From: Bacteroidota bacterium
Lineage (GTDB): Bacteria; Bacteroidota; Bacteroidia; Chitinophagales; Chitinophagaceae
NCBI GenBank assembly: GCA_040004415.1
Contig: JBDUAY010000001.1
Location: forward strand, 1 to 60,734
Direction of reading: 5' to 3'
DNA length: 60,734 nucleotides
Shown here: positions 29,626 to 39,932 of the stretch, piece after piece
Numbering within the stretch: the stretch's first letter is position 1
Layout of the letters: each line of letters opens with the position of its first letter
Made by a program: the position numbers and the translations under genes
The notes under the pieces: model-generated
The model's database searches: none
What the model was told of the DNA's origin: nothing
The model's input: the letters and a program-made list of their open reading frames with translations, nothing else

Positions 29626-31008
29626 ATGTTTTTATTAGGCATATTATTAATTGGAACACTATTGTGGTTAACGGCTCATTTGCTAATTAAACCGCTGTTT
29701 TTTACGAGACGGTTTTATGTAGCAGGCTCCGTTACAGTACTGGTTTTTTTAATTGGCTATTTTGTGCATATTCTTGAACCCGTTAGTTATGCTGTATTTG
29801 GATTATTTATAGCCCTGGTTATTTTTGATCTTATTTTCATTTTTGCATTTGGCAGAAAACCAGGAGCAACAAGGCTTACAGCAGATCGCTTTAGCAATGG
29901 CGATAAAAATGCAATAACCATCCTGGTAAAAAACAATTATCCTTTTGCAGTTATCATGGAAATAATTGATGAATTGCCGATACAGTTCCAGGAGAGACGC
30001 CACTTTTTCTACCGGCAGATAGCGCCGGGTGCAGAAGAGAAATTTTTCTATGAATTGCGGCCGGTTCAAAGAGGCGAATATGATTTTGGTAATATTATTA
30101 TTTATGCAAGTTCCCTGCTTAGCCTGGTAAGCCGGCAATTTATTTGTGAAGCGCAAAATTCCGTTCCGGTATATCCTTCTTTTGTGCAAATGCGTAAGTA
30201 CGAGCTTATGGCGCAGTTTGCACAAACACATGAAACAGGATCCAAGAGAATGCGCAAGATTGGCCACAGCATGGAGTTTGAACAGATTAAAGAATACGCC
30301 ATCGGTGATGATATACGAAATATTAACTGGAAAGCTACCGCCAGGAAAGCTGTTATGATGGTAAACAATTATACAGAACAACGTTCACAACAAGTGTATT
30401 GCATAATTGATAAAGGCCGGTTAATGAAAATGCCTTTCGAAGATCTTTCCCTGCTGGATTATGCTATCAATGCAGCACTGATGTTGTGCAATGTTAGTTT
30501 ATACCGGCAGGACAGGTTTGGCCTCCTCACTTTTTCAAATACAAAAGGCAGTTTTTTACCAGCCGACAGAAGCAGGGGGCAACTGGAAAATGTTTTAAAA
30601 GCATTATACAATCAGCATACAGATTATTTAGAAAGTGACTTTGAAATGCTGTATACCACTATCAGGGGGCAAATAAAACAACGCAGTTTATTATTGCTGT
30701 TTACCAATTTTGAATCTTTAAATGGGCTTCAGCGCCAGCTGCCTTATTTAAAACAAATTTCAAAATATCATTTGCTGGTAGTCGTGTTCTTTGAAAATAC
30801 AGAATTTAAAAAATTAACGGCAGAAAGGGCCAAAGATATAGAAGCGGTTTACATGCAGACAATTGCTGAAAAGTTCATTCATGAAAAAAAGATAATTGTA
30901 AAGGAACTGCAGAAACATGGCATCCTTTCAATTCTTGCTACGCCGCAAAATGTAACCGTTGATACGCTCAATAAATACCTGGAACTAAAAGCGCGGCAAG
31001 CAATTTAA
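29626..31008 (+). CDS. DUF58 (vWA-like) protein with N-terminal TM helices
   Basis: GDDIRNINWKATAR is the DUF58 signature. The gene follows MoxR by 5 nt. Confidence 0.85.
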   Translation: MFLLGILLIGTLLWLTAHLLIKPLFFTRRFYVAGSVTVLVFLIGYFVHILEPVSYAVFGLFIALVIFDLIFIFAFGRKPGATRLTADRFSNGDKNAITILVKNNYPFAVIMEIIDELPIQFQERRHFFYRQIAPGAEEKFFYELRPVQRGEYDFGNIIIYASSLLSLVSRQFICEAQNSVPVYPSFVQMRKYELMAQFAQTHETGSKRMRKIGHSMEFEQIKEYAIGDDIRNINWKATARKAVMMVNNYTEQRSQQVYCIIDKGRLMKMPFEDLSLLDYAINAALMLCNVSLYRQDRFGLLTFSNTKGSFLPADRSRGQLENVLKALYNQHTDYLESDFEMLYTTIRGQIKQRSLLLLFTNFESLNGLQRQLPYLKQISKYHLLVVVFFENTEFKKLTAERAKDIEAVYMQTIAEKFIHEKKIIVKELQKHGILSILATPQNVTVDTLNKYLELKARQAI

Positions 31009-31171
31009 AAATGGCCGGAGTACGGGCAAAACTGCGTATCCCCCCAATATAAATATAGCGGTATCGTATAATTCACAAAGCCGTGAAGGCCGTCCGTCCG
31101 AATAAATTTATCCTGGCGGATATTGATACGGGCGAAGGCGTATCACGTCAGCATCGGGGAACGGCCGGCGA

Positions 31172-31891
31172 ATGATTACCTATCTTCGGCAAAAATCATC
31201 ATTGGAAAGACAACTCAACAAATACGAAGAAGGGCAGATGTTGCTGATAGATAAGCCGTATCAATGGACCTCGTTTGCGGTCATAAAAAAAGTACGCGAT
31301 CTTATCAACATCAGAAAAGTTGGTCATGCGGGTACTTTGGATCCGCTGGCAACCGGCTTACTAATTGTTTGCACCGGAAAGTTCACCAAGCGTATTAATG
31401 AATACATGGCGCAGGAAAAAGAATATACCGGCACCATTACATTGGGTGCTGTTACACCTACTTTTGATCTTGAAGGTGAACCGAAAGACATAAAAGACAC
31501 CAGCACGGTTACAGAAGAACAAATCGCAAATACTACAACTCAATTTAAAGGAGACATTATGCAGGTGCCGCCAATGCACTCCGCAATTAAAAAAGATGGC
31601 GTGCGGGTGTATGAACTTGCGAGGATGGGACAAACAATTGAGCTTGCGCCACGAAAACTTTTTATTAAGGAATTTGACATTACGGCGGTTGAAATGCCGG
31701 TGGTGCATTTCAGGGTGGTATGTTCAACGGGAACCTATATCCGCAGCCTGGCAAATGATTTTGGCGCGGCACTTGGTTGCGGCGGTTATCTCAGCAGCTT
31801 ATGCAGAACACGTATCGGAGACTATAAACTCAATAATGCGTTAACCATCGAGCAACTTGAAAAGCAGGTAAAATCAGGTTTGTCTGCCTAG
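31172..31891 (+). CDS. truB: tRNA pseudouridine(55) synthase
   Basis: It has LLIDKP..WTS and the catalytic motif GHAGTLDPLATGLL. Confidence 0.9.
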   Translation: MITYLRQKSSLERQLNKYEEGQMLLIDKPYQWTSFAVIKKVRDLINIRKVGHAGTLDPLATGLLIVCTGKFTKRINEYMAQEKEYTGTITLGAVTPTFDLEGEPKDIKDTSTVTEEQIANTTTQFKGDIMQVPPMHSAIKKDGVRVYELARMGQTIELAPRKLFIKEFDITAVEMPVVHFRVVCSTGTYIRSLANDFGAALGCGGYLSSLCRTRIGDYKLNNALTIEQLEKQVKSGLSA

Positions 31892-31918
31892 ACTTGAAGC
31901 GCACTTGAAATTCCGTGC

Positions 31919-34330
31919 TTAGAATGGATAATTAATCCCCAGCTGAAATTGCCCTTTCAGCAATTCAAGGTCATGAAACCATCCATAGTTAATATCTGAA
32001 TAGGCAGGATTTTTTAATTTGTACGACCAGTCGAAGCGAATCAGGAAAATATCAAAATCTGCGCGCAAACTGGTGCCTGCACCAACCGCAATATCGGTGT
32101 ACAATTTATTAATGTTAAACTCTGCCCCTTTATAATTTGGATCGCCATAATTGGTACGGTACCAAATATTGCCAATATCCGAAAACAGGGCGCTTTTCAT
32201 TTTTACTACACCAAACAGCAAACCAAGGTTAAAGCGGTATTCAATATTTCCTTCCAGCTGGATATCGCCAAAACGATCAATACCTTTTGCAGCAGAAGCG
32301 GTATCAAAATATTTTGATGAACCAATGCCTAACTGTCTAACCTGCCAGGCACGCATACTATATGGACCACCGGCATAGAACGATTTAAAAAAAGGCAATT
32401 GTTTTTCTGTATCACCGTTTTTATCTTTTCCATACGGAATACCAATACCACCGTATAACCGGAAAACCAACGCAGATTTTTTCCAGTTGACGTAATGCTT
32501 AAAATCTGCATCTATTTTAACAAATCGATAAAGGTTTGCATCGCGATCAAGCGCTTTGAGAAACCCGGTCAGCCCGCCGCTTTCTTCCAATCCAACCCTT
32601 AACTCATTTTTCTTTGCGCCATCAGCAGCTGTATGAAGATAATTATATCCCAATATCTGGCTTATTACAAGTCCTGTATTGAAAGAAAATTTGAGGTTGG
32701 GCACATTATTGAGCAGGTTAATCAAAGTGTCTCTTGGATTTAAGAGCACATATTCAACATTCAGCGGACTGTAGTACCAGGTATGGTTTCTACGGATACG
32801 CCGGCCTTTTGACAATTGATAGCCGAAAGATGCATTCAGGGATCTTAGCTGATAAAAATCTTTCCTGTCTGTATAAGCGCCATTAAAATTCAGTAGTGTG
32901 CGTTGTACACGCAGCGAATCTGTTTTAATTTTATTCAATATAAATTTAGGAAGAATTAATCTCGGAAAACTATAGTTGTGGGAAAGACTTGTTTGAAGCG
33001 TCTGAATAAAATTGGTGCCAAGATTTACTTCAACCCCGGTGCGCAGGTTGGTACTGGATTGAATAGCTTGTTTTGCAACATTACGGTTATTCAAACCCAA
33101 ATTAAGTCCTACGCCAAAAAGATCACCAGTTGCTATGATATCACCTGTATTATAGCTGGCATCTGCAGTTACACTTACATCTTGTTTCACGGAAGGATAC
33201 ATTCTTATCAACACGTCTATTTTTGCGGAAGAGTCTTTTAACTCCTGCATTTCAACTGTAACCTGTGTAAATGTATTCAGCTGGGTAAAATTGCTATACG
33301 TTTGAACCGAATTACGCAGCCTGAAAAGATCACCCGGCCGTAAGATTGATTTTGATGCTATAAACGATGGTTTGAATTTATTGTACTTATTAAAAATATG
33401 TATCCCGTTTACCGTTACTGAGTCAAGTTTTACAATACTTGAATCTTCCAGTAAGTCGAGATCAGGATAGATATTTACATTGCGGATATAATACTTGCGG
33501 AAATGATTTACTGCTGCGGGATTGCGCAGGGAAACGACAACATTCATAACAGGGTTGTTACGCCGGCTTTTTGCCTGTTGCAGCAAACGAAGTTGTTCAA
33601 AAGGATCCAGTGATGGATTTATCAATGCTGAAAAAACGGTATCTCTTTCAGCCGTTAAATCATCCCTGGAAAATTTATAATAACCATTGTTTCTGAAAAG
33701 CTCCACCAGCCGATCCATTTCAGCAGCTACTATTTCAACAGAGAAAGGATCTCCCTTTTTCAATAAAGAGCCGCCGCGTCTTGACATGGTAAGCTTCTGC
33801 AATCCAGAATCCTGCAAACGGTAGGCAATGGAATCGAACTTATAACTTTTGCCGGGGATAACTGTAAAATCAACCGATATCCTTTGCTCCGTGGTTTTAG
33901 GCCAATCTTTAGATGTACGACGAAATAAATTGTGTAACCACCAGGATCTGTGGTTAATGGTCATGGAGGTATCCCATGTAATGTCAGCTTTATAATAACC
34001 CTCCGAACGCATGAGGTCGTTCATAAAAATAATTGAACGATGCGCTGCAGCGGTATCAAAAATGGACGGATTAATAATTTGAATTCTACCCGGATAAACT
34101 GTTTTGAGTAAGGCTTTCATGCTGTCGTCCAGCTGGTTTTGAAGTTTAATCTTCAAATCAGCTTTCTCAGAAGGCGGCTGATTGCCCTGTATGTTTATAT
34201 TTGTTGCAGATACGAAAGGTTTTTCCTTATGATATTTATGCGGTAGAACAACACATCCGGACATGGCAGCCGCTAAGCCTGTAATTAAAATAAAAAGATA
34301 AACGTTAACGGGCTTATAGAATGAATGCAT
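31919..34330 (-). CDS. BamA/TamA-family (surface antigen D15) outer-membrane protein
   Basis: It is about 800 aa with a lipoprotein-like signal. The C-terminal Omp85 barrel ends ...FQLGINYPF. Confidence 0.7.
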   Translation of the reverse strand: MHSFYKPVNVYLFILITGLAAAMSGCVVLPHKYHKEKPFVSATNINIQGNQPPSEKADLKIKLQNQLDDSMKALLKTVYPGRIQIINPSIFDTAAAHRSIIFMNDLMRSEGYYKADITWDTSMTINHRSWWLHNLFRRTSKDWPKTTEQRISVDFTVIPGKSYKFDSIAYRLQDSGLQKLTMSRRGGSLLKKGDPFSVEIVAAEMDRLVELFRNNGYYKFSRDDLTAERDTVFSALINPSLDPFEQLRLLQQAKSRRNNPVMNVVVSLRNPAAVNHFRKYYIRNVNIYPDLDLLEDSSIVKLDSVTVNGIHIFNKYNKFKPSFIASKSILRPGDLFRLRNSVQTYSNFTQLNTFTQVTVEMQELKDSSAKIDVLIRMYPSVKQDVSVTADASYNTGDIIATGDLFGVGLNLGLNNRNVAKQAIQSSTNLRTGVEVNLGTNFIQTLQTSLSHNYSFPRLILPKFILNKIKTDSLRVQRTLLNFNGAYTDRKDFYQLRSLNASFGYQLSKGRRIRRNHTWYYSPLNVEYVLLNPRDTLINLLNNVPNLKFSFNTGLVISQILGYNYLHTAADGAKKNELRVGLEESGGLTGFLKALDRDANLYRFVKIDADFKHYVNWKKSALVFRLYGGIGIPYGKDKNGDTEKQLPFFKSFYAGGPYSMRAWQVRQLGIGSSKYFDTASAAKGIDRFGDIQLEGNIEYRFNLGLLFGVVKMKSALFSDIGNIWYRTNYGDPNYKGAEFNINKLYTDIAVGAGTSLRADFDIFLIRFDWSYKLKNPAYSDINYGWFHDLELLKGQFQLGINYPF

Positions 34331-34353
34331 ATTTCTGAAAAAACGAACAATAG

Positions 34354-35115
34354 ATGATCACAAAATTACAGGTCAAATATATCCAAAGTATAGGCCAAAA
34401 AAAATTCAGGGATGAAGAAGGGGTATTTGTTGCAGAGGGCCCCAAAATAATTAACGAAATGTTGGGTGCTAATGTAATACCTGAATTGATATATGGCACT
34501 TCTGACTGGATAGCTATTTCTGTTGATTTATTGAAAAATATACCGGCGGAAAAAATAATTGAATTAAAGGAACATGATTTGGAAAGGATTTCCTTTTTGC
34601 AAACGCCCAATGAAGTGCTGGCTGTTTTTAAAAAGCCTGTGTATGCTCCGGTTAATTTTTCTCAAACCATTTCTTTGATGCTTGATGGAATACAGGACCC
34701 CGGTAATATGGGTACCATTATACGCATTGCCGACTGGTTTGGAATTGCCAATATTGTTTGCAGCACGGATTGCGCGGATGCGTTTGGGCCCAAAGTAGTG
34801 CAAAGCACCATGGGCAGCATTATACGGGTAAAATTATTATATACAGATTTAATTACACTGGCCAAAAATACCGCATCGTTACAATTATATGCCGCTACGC
34901 TGAATGGCGAAAGGATAAATGATATGGAGCCCATAAAAGAGGGAGTACTTGTAATAGGCAATGAATCAAAAGGTATACGCCCGGCATTGCTCGATTGCTG
35001 TCAGCGCCGCGTTACCATACCACAAATTGGAAAAGCGGAATCACTGAATGCCGCTGTGGCCGCGGGGATAATTTTGTCGCATTTAGTGCCATCACCCATG
35101 GCCCCTGTCCAGTGA
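34354..35115 (+). CDS. TrmH/SpoU-family RNA 2'-O-methyltransferase
   Basis: It has the SpoU motifs DGIQDPGNMGTIIR, VIGNESKG and ESLNAAVAAGI. Confidence 0.85.
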   Translation: MITKLQVKYIQSIGQKKFRDEEGVFVAEGPKIINEMLGANVIPELIYGTSDWIAISVDLLKNIPAEKIIELKEHDLERISFLQTPNEVLAVFKKPVYAPVNFSQTISLMLDGIQDPGNMGTIIRIADWFGIANIVCSTDCADAFGPKVVQSTMGSIIRVKLLYTDLITLAKNTASLQLYAATLNGERINDMEPIKEGVLVIGNESKGIRPALLDCCQRRVTIPQIGKAESLNAAVAAGIILSHLVPSPMAPVQ

Positions 35116-35323
35116 GTGGCGAAAGGTGCCCCGATCGATCACGATAAAAATCGTGTGCGGATGTACGTAAGAAAATCGTGATCAAAATATTAAAAACACT
35201 GCAAGAATAATCTTTAAAAAATCAAACAGTGGAACTTGTTTTTGGGTAATTGTGTTTTGTAAACAACGACAGGCGAGGCACCCATCTGCGCCATAGGCGG
35301 AGCGGGGCCGGTGTTGAGGCGTT

Positions 35324-36556
35324 TTACCGGAACTGTATCGCTCTTACCGGTTGTATTTTTCGTATAACAAGTGTAGGAATGATAAGCACCAGGAAGCAAA
35401 CAATAAAAGTGCCGGCGTCTACCAATACAAAATGCCACCATTCCAAACGAACTTCGGCTTTTGAAATATAATACATGTCTTCCTGCAGCGTAATTAAACC
35501 ATAGTGCTGCTGGGCCCAGCACAATAAAAGCGCCAGCAAATTGCCCAGCACAATGCCGGTAAAAGTAATCATGGCACCATGGTATAAAAAGATGCGTTGT
35601 ATAGACGAATTGGGCGAACCAAGTGCTTTTAATGTGCCAATCATCCTTGTTCTCTCCAAGACTAAAATAATAAGGCAGGTAATAAGATTGAGCACCGCAA
35701 CAATCGTCATAATTATGAGTACCAGTATGATAGTTGTATCCTGCAGATTCAGCCAGTCGAATATATTTGGATTGATTTCTTTAATGCTTTTACTGGTCCA
35801 TGCAACCGGTAATGAATTAAAAAGATCATCATTTATTTTGTCCATCTGTTTGTAATCTTTCAGAAAAACTTCATAGCCGCCTATCTGATCCGGCTTCCAG
35901 TTGTTTAAACGCTGTATTAAACGCAAATCTCCAAGGGCAATAAACTTATCGTATTCTTCAATGCCAGTTTTATAGATGCCTGTTACCGTAAGTTTCCTGG
36001 CCCTTGGTGCAGAACCATCCGTTTGTATAAAATAAATAAACACCGGATCGTTTATTTTTAGCTTCAACTGGTTGGCGGTGTAAGCGGAAAGCACAATTTC
36101 ATTGCTGTAACCACTATCTGTAAAATGTATCCAGCGGCCTTCTTTAAGAAATTGCTGTAACTGGTTGAAGCGATAATTTTTCTCTACACCCTTTAATAAG
36201 ATACCTTCTATACTTTCGCTGGTTTTAAGAATGGCATTTTTGGTGCCGAATACATTAACCGACTGAACACCGGCATTGCCATTTAAAATCCGTGCAACCG
36301 TATCATTTTTTTGAATAGCTGTTTCTTCTGCGTTCGCAATTTTATCGGATTCATAATGTTGCACACGTATATGTCCCCAAAAACTGAAAATTTTCTGGCT
36401 GATGGTATATTGAAAACCATTTGTTATAGCCAACGCAACAATCATAACCGTTACACTTAAAATGGTAGCTGCCGTTGCCAGCCGTATAATAAAACGACTG
36501 AACGATTTTTCCCGCGAAAAGGCAATACGCTTGGCTATAAAACCGGCTACATTCAA
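35324..36556 (-). CDS. FtsX-like ABC transporter permease (LolC/E family)
   Basis: It has the N-terminal FIAKRI...FSRFI TM segment, a large periplasmic loop and a C-terminal FtsX 3-TM module. Confidence 0.8.
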   Translation of the reverse strand: MNVAGFIAKRIAFSREKSFSRFIIRLATAATILSVTVMIVALAITNGFQYTISQKIFSFWGHIRVQHYESDKIANAEETAIQKNDTVARILNGNAGVQSVNVFGTKNAILKTSESIEGILLKGVEKNYRFNQLQQFLKEGRWIHFTDSGYSNEIVLSAYTANQLKLKINDPVFIYFIQTDGSAPRARKLTVTGIYKTGIEEYDKFIALGDLRLIQRLNNWKPDQIGGYEVFLKDYKQMDKINDDLFNSLPVAWTSKSIKEINPNIFDWLNLQDTTIILVLIIMTIVAVLNLITCLIILVLERTRMIGTLKALGSPNSSIQRIFLYHGAMITFTGIVLGNLLALLLCWAQQHYGLITLQEDMYYISKAEVRLEWWHFVLVDAGTFIVCFLVLIIPTLVIRKIQPVRAIQFR

Positions 36557-36671
36557 AAGAGATAATTTTTATTAAATCAAAAATAGGGGCTGTTTGGTAA
36601 CACAAAATCTTTTTATGGTTTTTTTGGCCAAATTTGTACAACTTTAGTCTTTTAATCTCATCTTACCATAC

Positions 36672-37946
36672 ATGCAAAAGTTTATCAGCCTTGTAGTTGT
36701 AGTATTACTAGTTTCGTTTGTGGCTTTGGCGCAGGTGCCAGATATGATTTACGATAAAAATATTCACAACGTAAAACTTAATTACAGTGGCAACCAGCTG
36801 GCGTATCCTATTATTAAGCTAAATGGTTCAGATCAGCTTGATCTTAATTTCGATGATTTAAATGGCGGTGTGCGCAATTATTCCTACACCTGGCAGCTTT
36901 GTAACGTGGACTGGGCTAAAACAATTCTTAGCGAGTTTGATTATATCCGGGGCTTTACACAAAACCGCATCAGCAATTACCGCAACTCTTCTATCGCGCT
37001 GGTAAAGTATACGCACTATATGGTAACGTTGCCTGAAAGCAGTTGTGTACCGTCACGTTCCGGTAATTACCTGTTAAAAATTTTTGCTGATGGTGATACC
37101 GCTAAAGTGGTTTTTACACGCCGGGTACTGGTAGTGGAAGAAAAATCAACAGTAGGCGCACAAATACAACAACCGTACAACGGGCAGATTACCAGAACAC
37201 ACCAAAAAATAATTTTTACGGTGAATCTTGGCAATGTAAATCTTATCAATGCACTCCAGCAGGTAAAAGTTTGCATTTTGCAAAATAACCGCTGGGATAA
37301 TGCGCTTACTACACTGAAGCCAACTTTTATACGGCAAAATTCGCTGGAATATAATTCGGAAGACATTGTTTTTCCCGGAGGACGTGAATGGCGCTGGCTC
37401 GATTTACGCAGTTTCCGTTTGCAAAGTGACCGGGTAGCAACAGCAAAATACAATCTCAATTCTACCGACATATTTGTAAAACCTGATGTGAGCAGGGTAC
37501 CGCAACGTCTTGTTTATTACAAAGATTACAACGGCATGTTTTATAATGAAATAAGCGAGAGTGTCAATTTATTATGGCAATCAGATTTTGGCGACACGCA
37601 TTTCACTTTTATACCCGATGGCAACCAGGTAATGGCCGATAAAGATGTTTATTTATTTGGGGAGCTGACCAATTATGGTTTGGATGAAAAAGCAAAAATG
37701 ACTTTTAATGCAGATAAAGGTGTGTACGAAACTGATTTGCTGCTTAAAAACGGCTATTACAATTATGATTACATAACTGTTGATAAGCAGGGTGGGCAAG
37801 CCAGTTTTGATTTTACGGAAGGGAATTTATGGGATACAGAAAATAGTTATACCATTCTTGTTTATTACCGCGCAATTAACGGCCGGTCCGATGAACTAAT
37901 TGGCGTTGCACATGTTAATTCTTTAACGGGCAGAAGTGGATACTAA
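36672..37946 (+). CDS. DUF5103 (T9SS plug-like) domain protein
   Basis: It has a signal peptide. IHNVKLNYSGNQLAYPIIKLNGSDQLDLNFDDL resembles the DUF5103 N-terminal signature. Confidence 0.55.
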   Translation: MQKFISLVVVVLLVSFVALAQVPDMIYDKNIHNVKLNYSGNQLAYPIIKLNGSDQLDLNFDDLNGGVRNYSYTWQLCNVDWAKTILSEFDYIRGFTQNRISNYRNSSIALVKYTHYMVTLPESSCVPSRSGNYLLKIFADGDTAKVVFTRRVLVVEEKSTVGAQIQQPYNGQITRTHQKIIFTVNLGNVNLINALQQVKVCILQNNRWDNALTTLKPTFIRQNSLEYNSEDIVFPGGREWRWLDLRSFRLQSDRVATAKYNLNSTDIFVKPDVSRVPQRLVYYKDYNGMFYNEISESVNLLWQSDFGDTHFTFIPDGNQVMADKDVYLFGELTNYGLDEKAKMTFNADKGVYETDLLLKNGYYNYDYITVDKQGGQASFDFTEGNLWDTENSYTILVYYRAINGRSDELIGVAHVNSLTGRSGY

Positions 37947-38041
37947 CAACTATTAGTTAATAGCCATGAGGCTGTCAGCAAAAATCAGATTTTAATTTTA
38001 AATCGGTTAGCATTGCGGTTGATTAATTGTCGTTGCTTCCG

Positions 38042-38049
38042 TATATTTG
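38042..38049 (+). promoter_or_regulatory. Bacteroidota -7 promoter box (TATATTTG, consensus TAnnTTTG) for the SRP RNA
   Basis: It is an exact consensus match a few nt upstream of the predicted 5' end of ffs. Confidence 0.55.
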
Positions 38050-38051
38050 CG

Positions 38052-38150
38052 CCCGGCAGGTCTTACACGACCAGCTCCTGCTGAATCCTCCCAGGGCGGG
38101 AACGCAGCAAGAGTAAGTGGTTGAGCGGTGCGATGTAATCAGCCTGCCTT
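38052..38150 (+). ncRNA. ffs: Signal recognition particle RNA (small bacterial 4.5S type)
   Basis: The closing stem is GGCAGG...CCTGCC. The apical domain IV reads CCCAGG-GCG-GGAA-CGC-AGCA-AG (GGAA tetraloop and conserved AGCA loop), followed by a T-run. Confidence 0.85.
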
Positions 38151-38196
38151 TTTTTATTTTTCTTCGCCCCGATGGGGCTCATTAATAAATTCAATC

Positions 38197-38847
38197 ATGA
38201 AATTCTTTATCGACACAGCAAATCTTGCACAAATTAAAGAAGCCAACGAACTGGGTATACTGGATGGTGTAACGACCAATCCTTCATTGATGGCAAAAGA
38301 AGGCATTAAAGGTACAGAAGCTATTTACGCTCATTATAAAACCATCTGCGAACTGGTTGATGGAGATATCAGCGCAGAAGTTCTTTCTACAGATTTTAAA
38401 ACAATCGTGGAAGAAGGTAAGAAGTTAGCTGCTATTCATCCTAACATCATTGTCAAAGTACCGATGATAAAAGATGGTGTAAAAGCAATTAAATGGTTTA
38501 CCGACAATGGCATTAAAACTAATTGTACGCTTGTGTTTTCTGCCGGACAGGCTATTTTGGCTGCAAAGGCAGGTGCAGCATATGTTTCACCGTTTATCGG
38601 TCGTATAGATGATACCGGTTGGGATGGTGTTGAACTGATTGCACAGATAGCACATATTTATTCTGTCCAGGGTTTTGAAACTGAAATATTAGCGGCTTCT
38701 ATCCGCAGCGCATTGCACATTGTAAAATGCGCAGAAGCGGGTGCAGATGTTTGTACCTGCCCGCTTGAGTCAATTCTTGGTTTGCTGAAACATCCGCTAA
38801 CAGATATTGGCCTTGCCAAATTTCTGGAAGATGCTAAAAAAATGTAG
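38197..38847 (+). CDS. tal: Fructose-6-phosphate aldolase / transaldolase (type 3B, ~216 aa)
   Basis: It begins MKFFIDTANL..I.....GILDGVTTNPSL. The ORF-track start at 38128 lies inside ffs and was rejected. Confidence 0.9.
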   Translation: MKFFIDTANLAQIKEANELGILDGVTTNPSLMAKEGIKGTEAIYAHYKTICELVDGDISAEVLSTDFKTIVEEGKKLAAIHPNIIVKVPMIKDGVKAIKWFTDNGIKTNCTLVFSAGQAILAAKAGAAYVSPFIGRIDDTGWDGVELIAQIAHIYSVQGFETEILAASIRSALHIVKCAEAGADVCTCPLESILGLLKHPLTDIGLAKFLEDAKKM

Positions 38848-38879
38848 TCTCTTTTTTACAGTTTGTACTTATTATAAGA

Positions 38880-38913
38880 ATGCGCCTTTTTTTAAGGGCG
38901 CATTTGTTTTTTT
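38880..38913 (+). terminator. Rho-independent terminator after tal
   Basis: ATGCGCC and GGCGCAT flank a 10-nt loop, followed by TTGTTTTTTT. Confidence 0.7.
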
Positions 38914-39009
38914 GAGGCGAAAATAAATGAACTTCATTTGCCGTTGACGATGATATGAGCCACAAGTAATAAATAATGCTGTTGTAATCTTACTGTCTAA
39001 ACGAATTTA

Positions 39010-39378
39010 ATGAGTGATAAACAAATTAAGACTGGACTGATTTTATACATTATTGTATCGCTGATTTTATTTACCGGCGGATTGGTAAAATATATACCCG
39101 TATTGTATTTGTCAATTTTGAATATTCTTTCAGCTTCAGGATTGGTGATACCATGGATACAAAAATACCTGCGTTATCCGCACCGCATAGAAACGCTTGA
39201 AATAGTTTTTCTTTGCGTGGAATGTTTATTTGTAATTGCTTCGATATTCTGTGTTGTGGTAGTCGCTGACGGCGGATGGCTGATTGTCAGCCAGTATACA
39301 ATTGCTGCATTGAATCTCCTCGCCGCAATTGCTTTTTTTATTTTTATACTACTGTTTAAAATAAAGAAATTATTCTAA
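39010..39378 (+). CDS. Hypothetical 4-TM membrane protein
   Basis: The ORF has four hydrophobic segments. I recognise no family. Confidence 0.45.
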   Translation: MSDKQIKTGLILYIIVSLILFTGGLVKYIPVLYLSILNILSASGLVIPWIQKYLRYPHRIETLEIVFLCVECLFVIASIFCVVVVADGGWLIVSQYTIAALNLLAAIAFFIFILLFKIKKLF

Positions 39379-39406
39379 AACCGTTGAAGCCGAAAAGAAT
39401 TCTTCG

Positions 39407-39871
39407 CTATTCGTTTACTGAAACATATACATCTACTTCTGCATTGTTCCAGTCTTTGGTTCTTTCATCATACACTTCGAAATCTGTTTGATAAGTCCTG
39501 GTATAATCAGCTGCCCATATTTCTTTCCATGCATTGATTACGCAATCCGGCATTTTCCCATGCACAATGATTTTTTCATAAGTACCCGCGGGAACAGCCA
39601 GGTTTTCTAAGCCTGCCGGAGCAGCGGTACCGGCTTTTACTTTGCATCCAATAAAATAAGAAAATGGTTTGGAACTGTCGCCTTCGTAATGATGATAAAC
39701 GCCATATATTTCATCACCTGCTTTATTTGGAATAATGGCAGCGTAATTTGCATTTTCAAATTCGTGCCATAAGTTTTTGCAATCGGCACTTGACTGTCCG
39801 CCGGTATTGATTGTTTTGGTTTTGAGTGATAACCCAATCAGGTGTATTTCTTTAATTGTTGTTTTGCTCAT
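39407..39871 (-). CDS. GyrI-like small-molecule-binding domain protein
   Basis: It is ~154 aa with IHLIGLSLKT...W..F...YGVY...YFIG pattern, as in AraC effector-binding/GyrI-like domains. Confidence 0.6.
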   Translation of the reverse strand: MSKTTIKEIHLIGLSLKTKTINTGGQSSADCKNLWHEFENANYAAIIPNKAGDEIYGVYHHYEGDSSKPFSYFIGCKVKAGTAAPAGLENLAVPAGTYEKIIVHGKMPDCVINAWKEIWAADYTRTYQTDFEVYDERTKDWNNAEVDVYVSVNE

Positions 39872-39932
39872 TGGTTCTATTTAATCATTCGACCTTTCAA
39901 CATTCAACATTTCAACGAATCAACTTTCAATC

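Noticed and set aside
35116-35323. Short inverted repeats (GATCACGAT...ATCGTGATC) and small ORFs (35214-35522, 35250-35471) lie between trmH and the lolE-like gene.
   Set aside because: The stems are only 6-9 bp in an AT-rich spacer between convergent genes. The ORFs overlap the lolE-like 3' end. This is probably an ordinary bidirectional termination region.
38128-38196. The ORF track gives tal an N-terminal extension (MRCNQPAFFYFSSPRWGSLINSI).
   Set aside because: The extension overlaps the 3' half and T-run of the SRP RNA. The conserved transaldolase N-terminus begins at MKFFIDTAN (38197).
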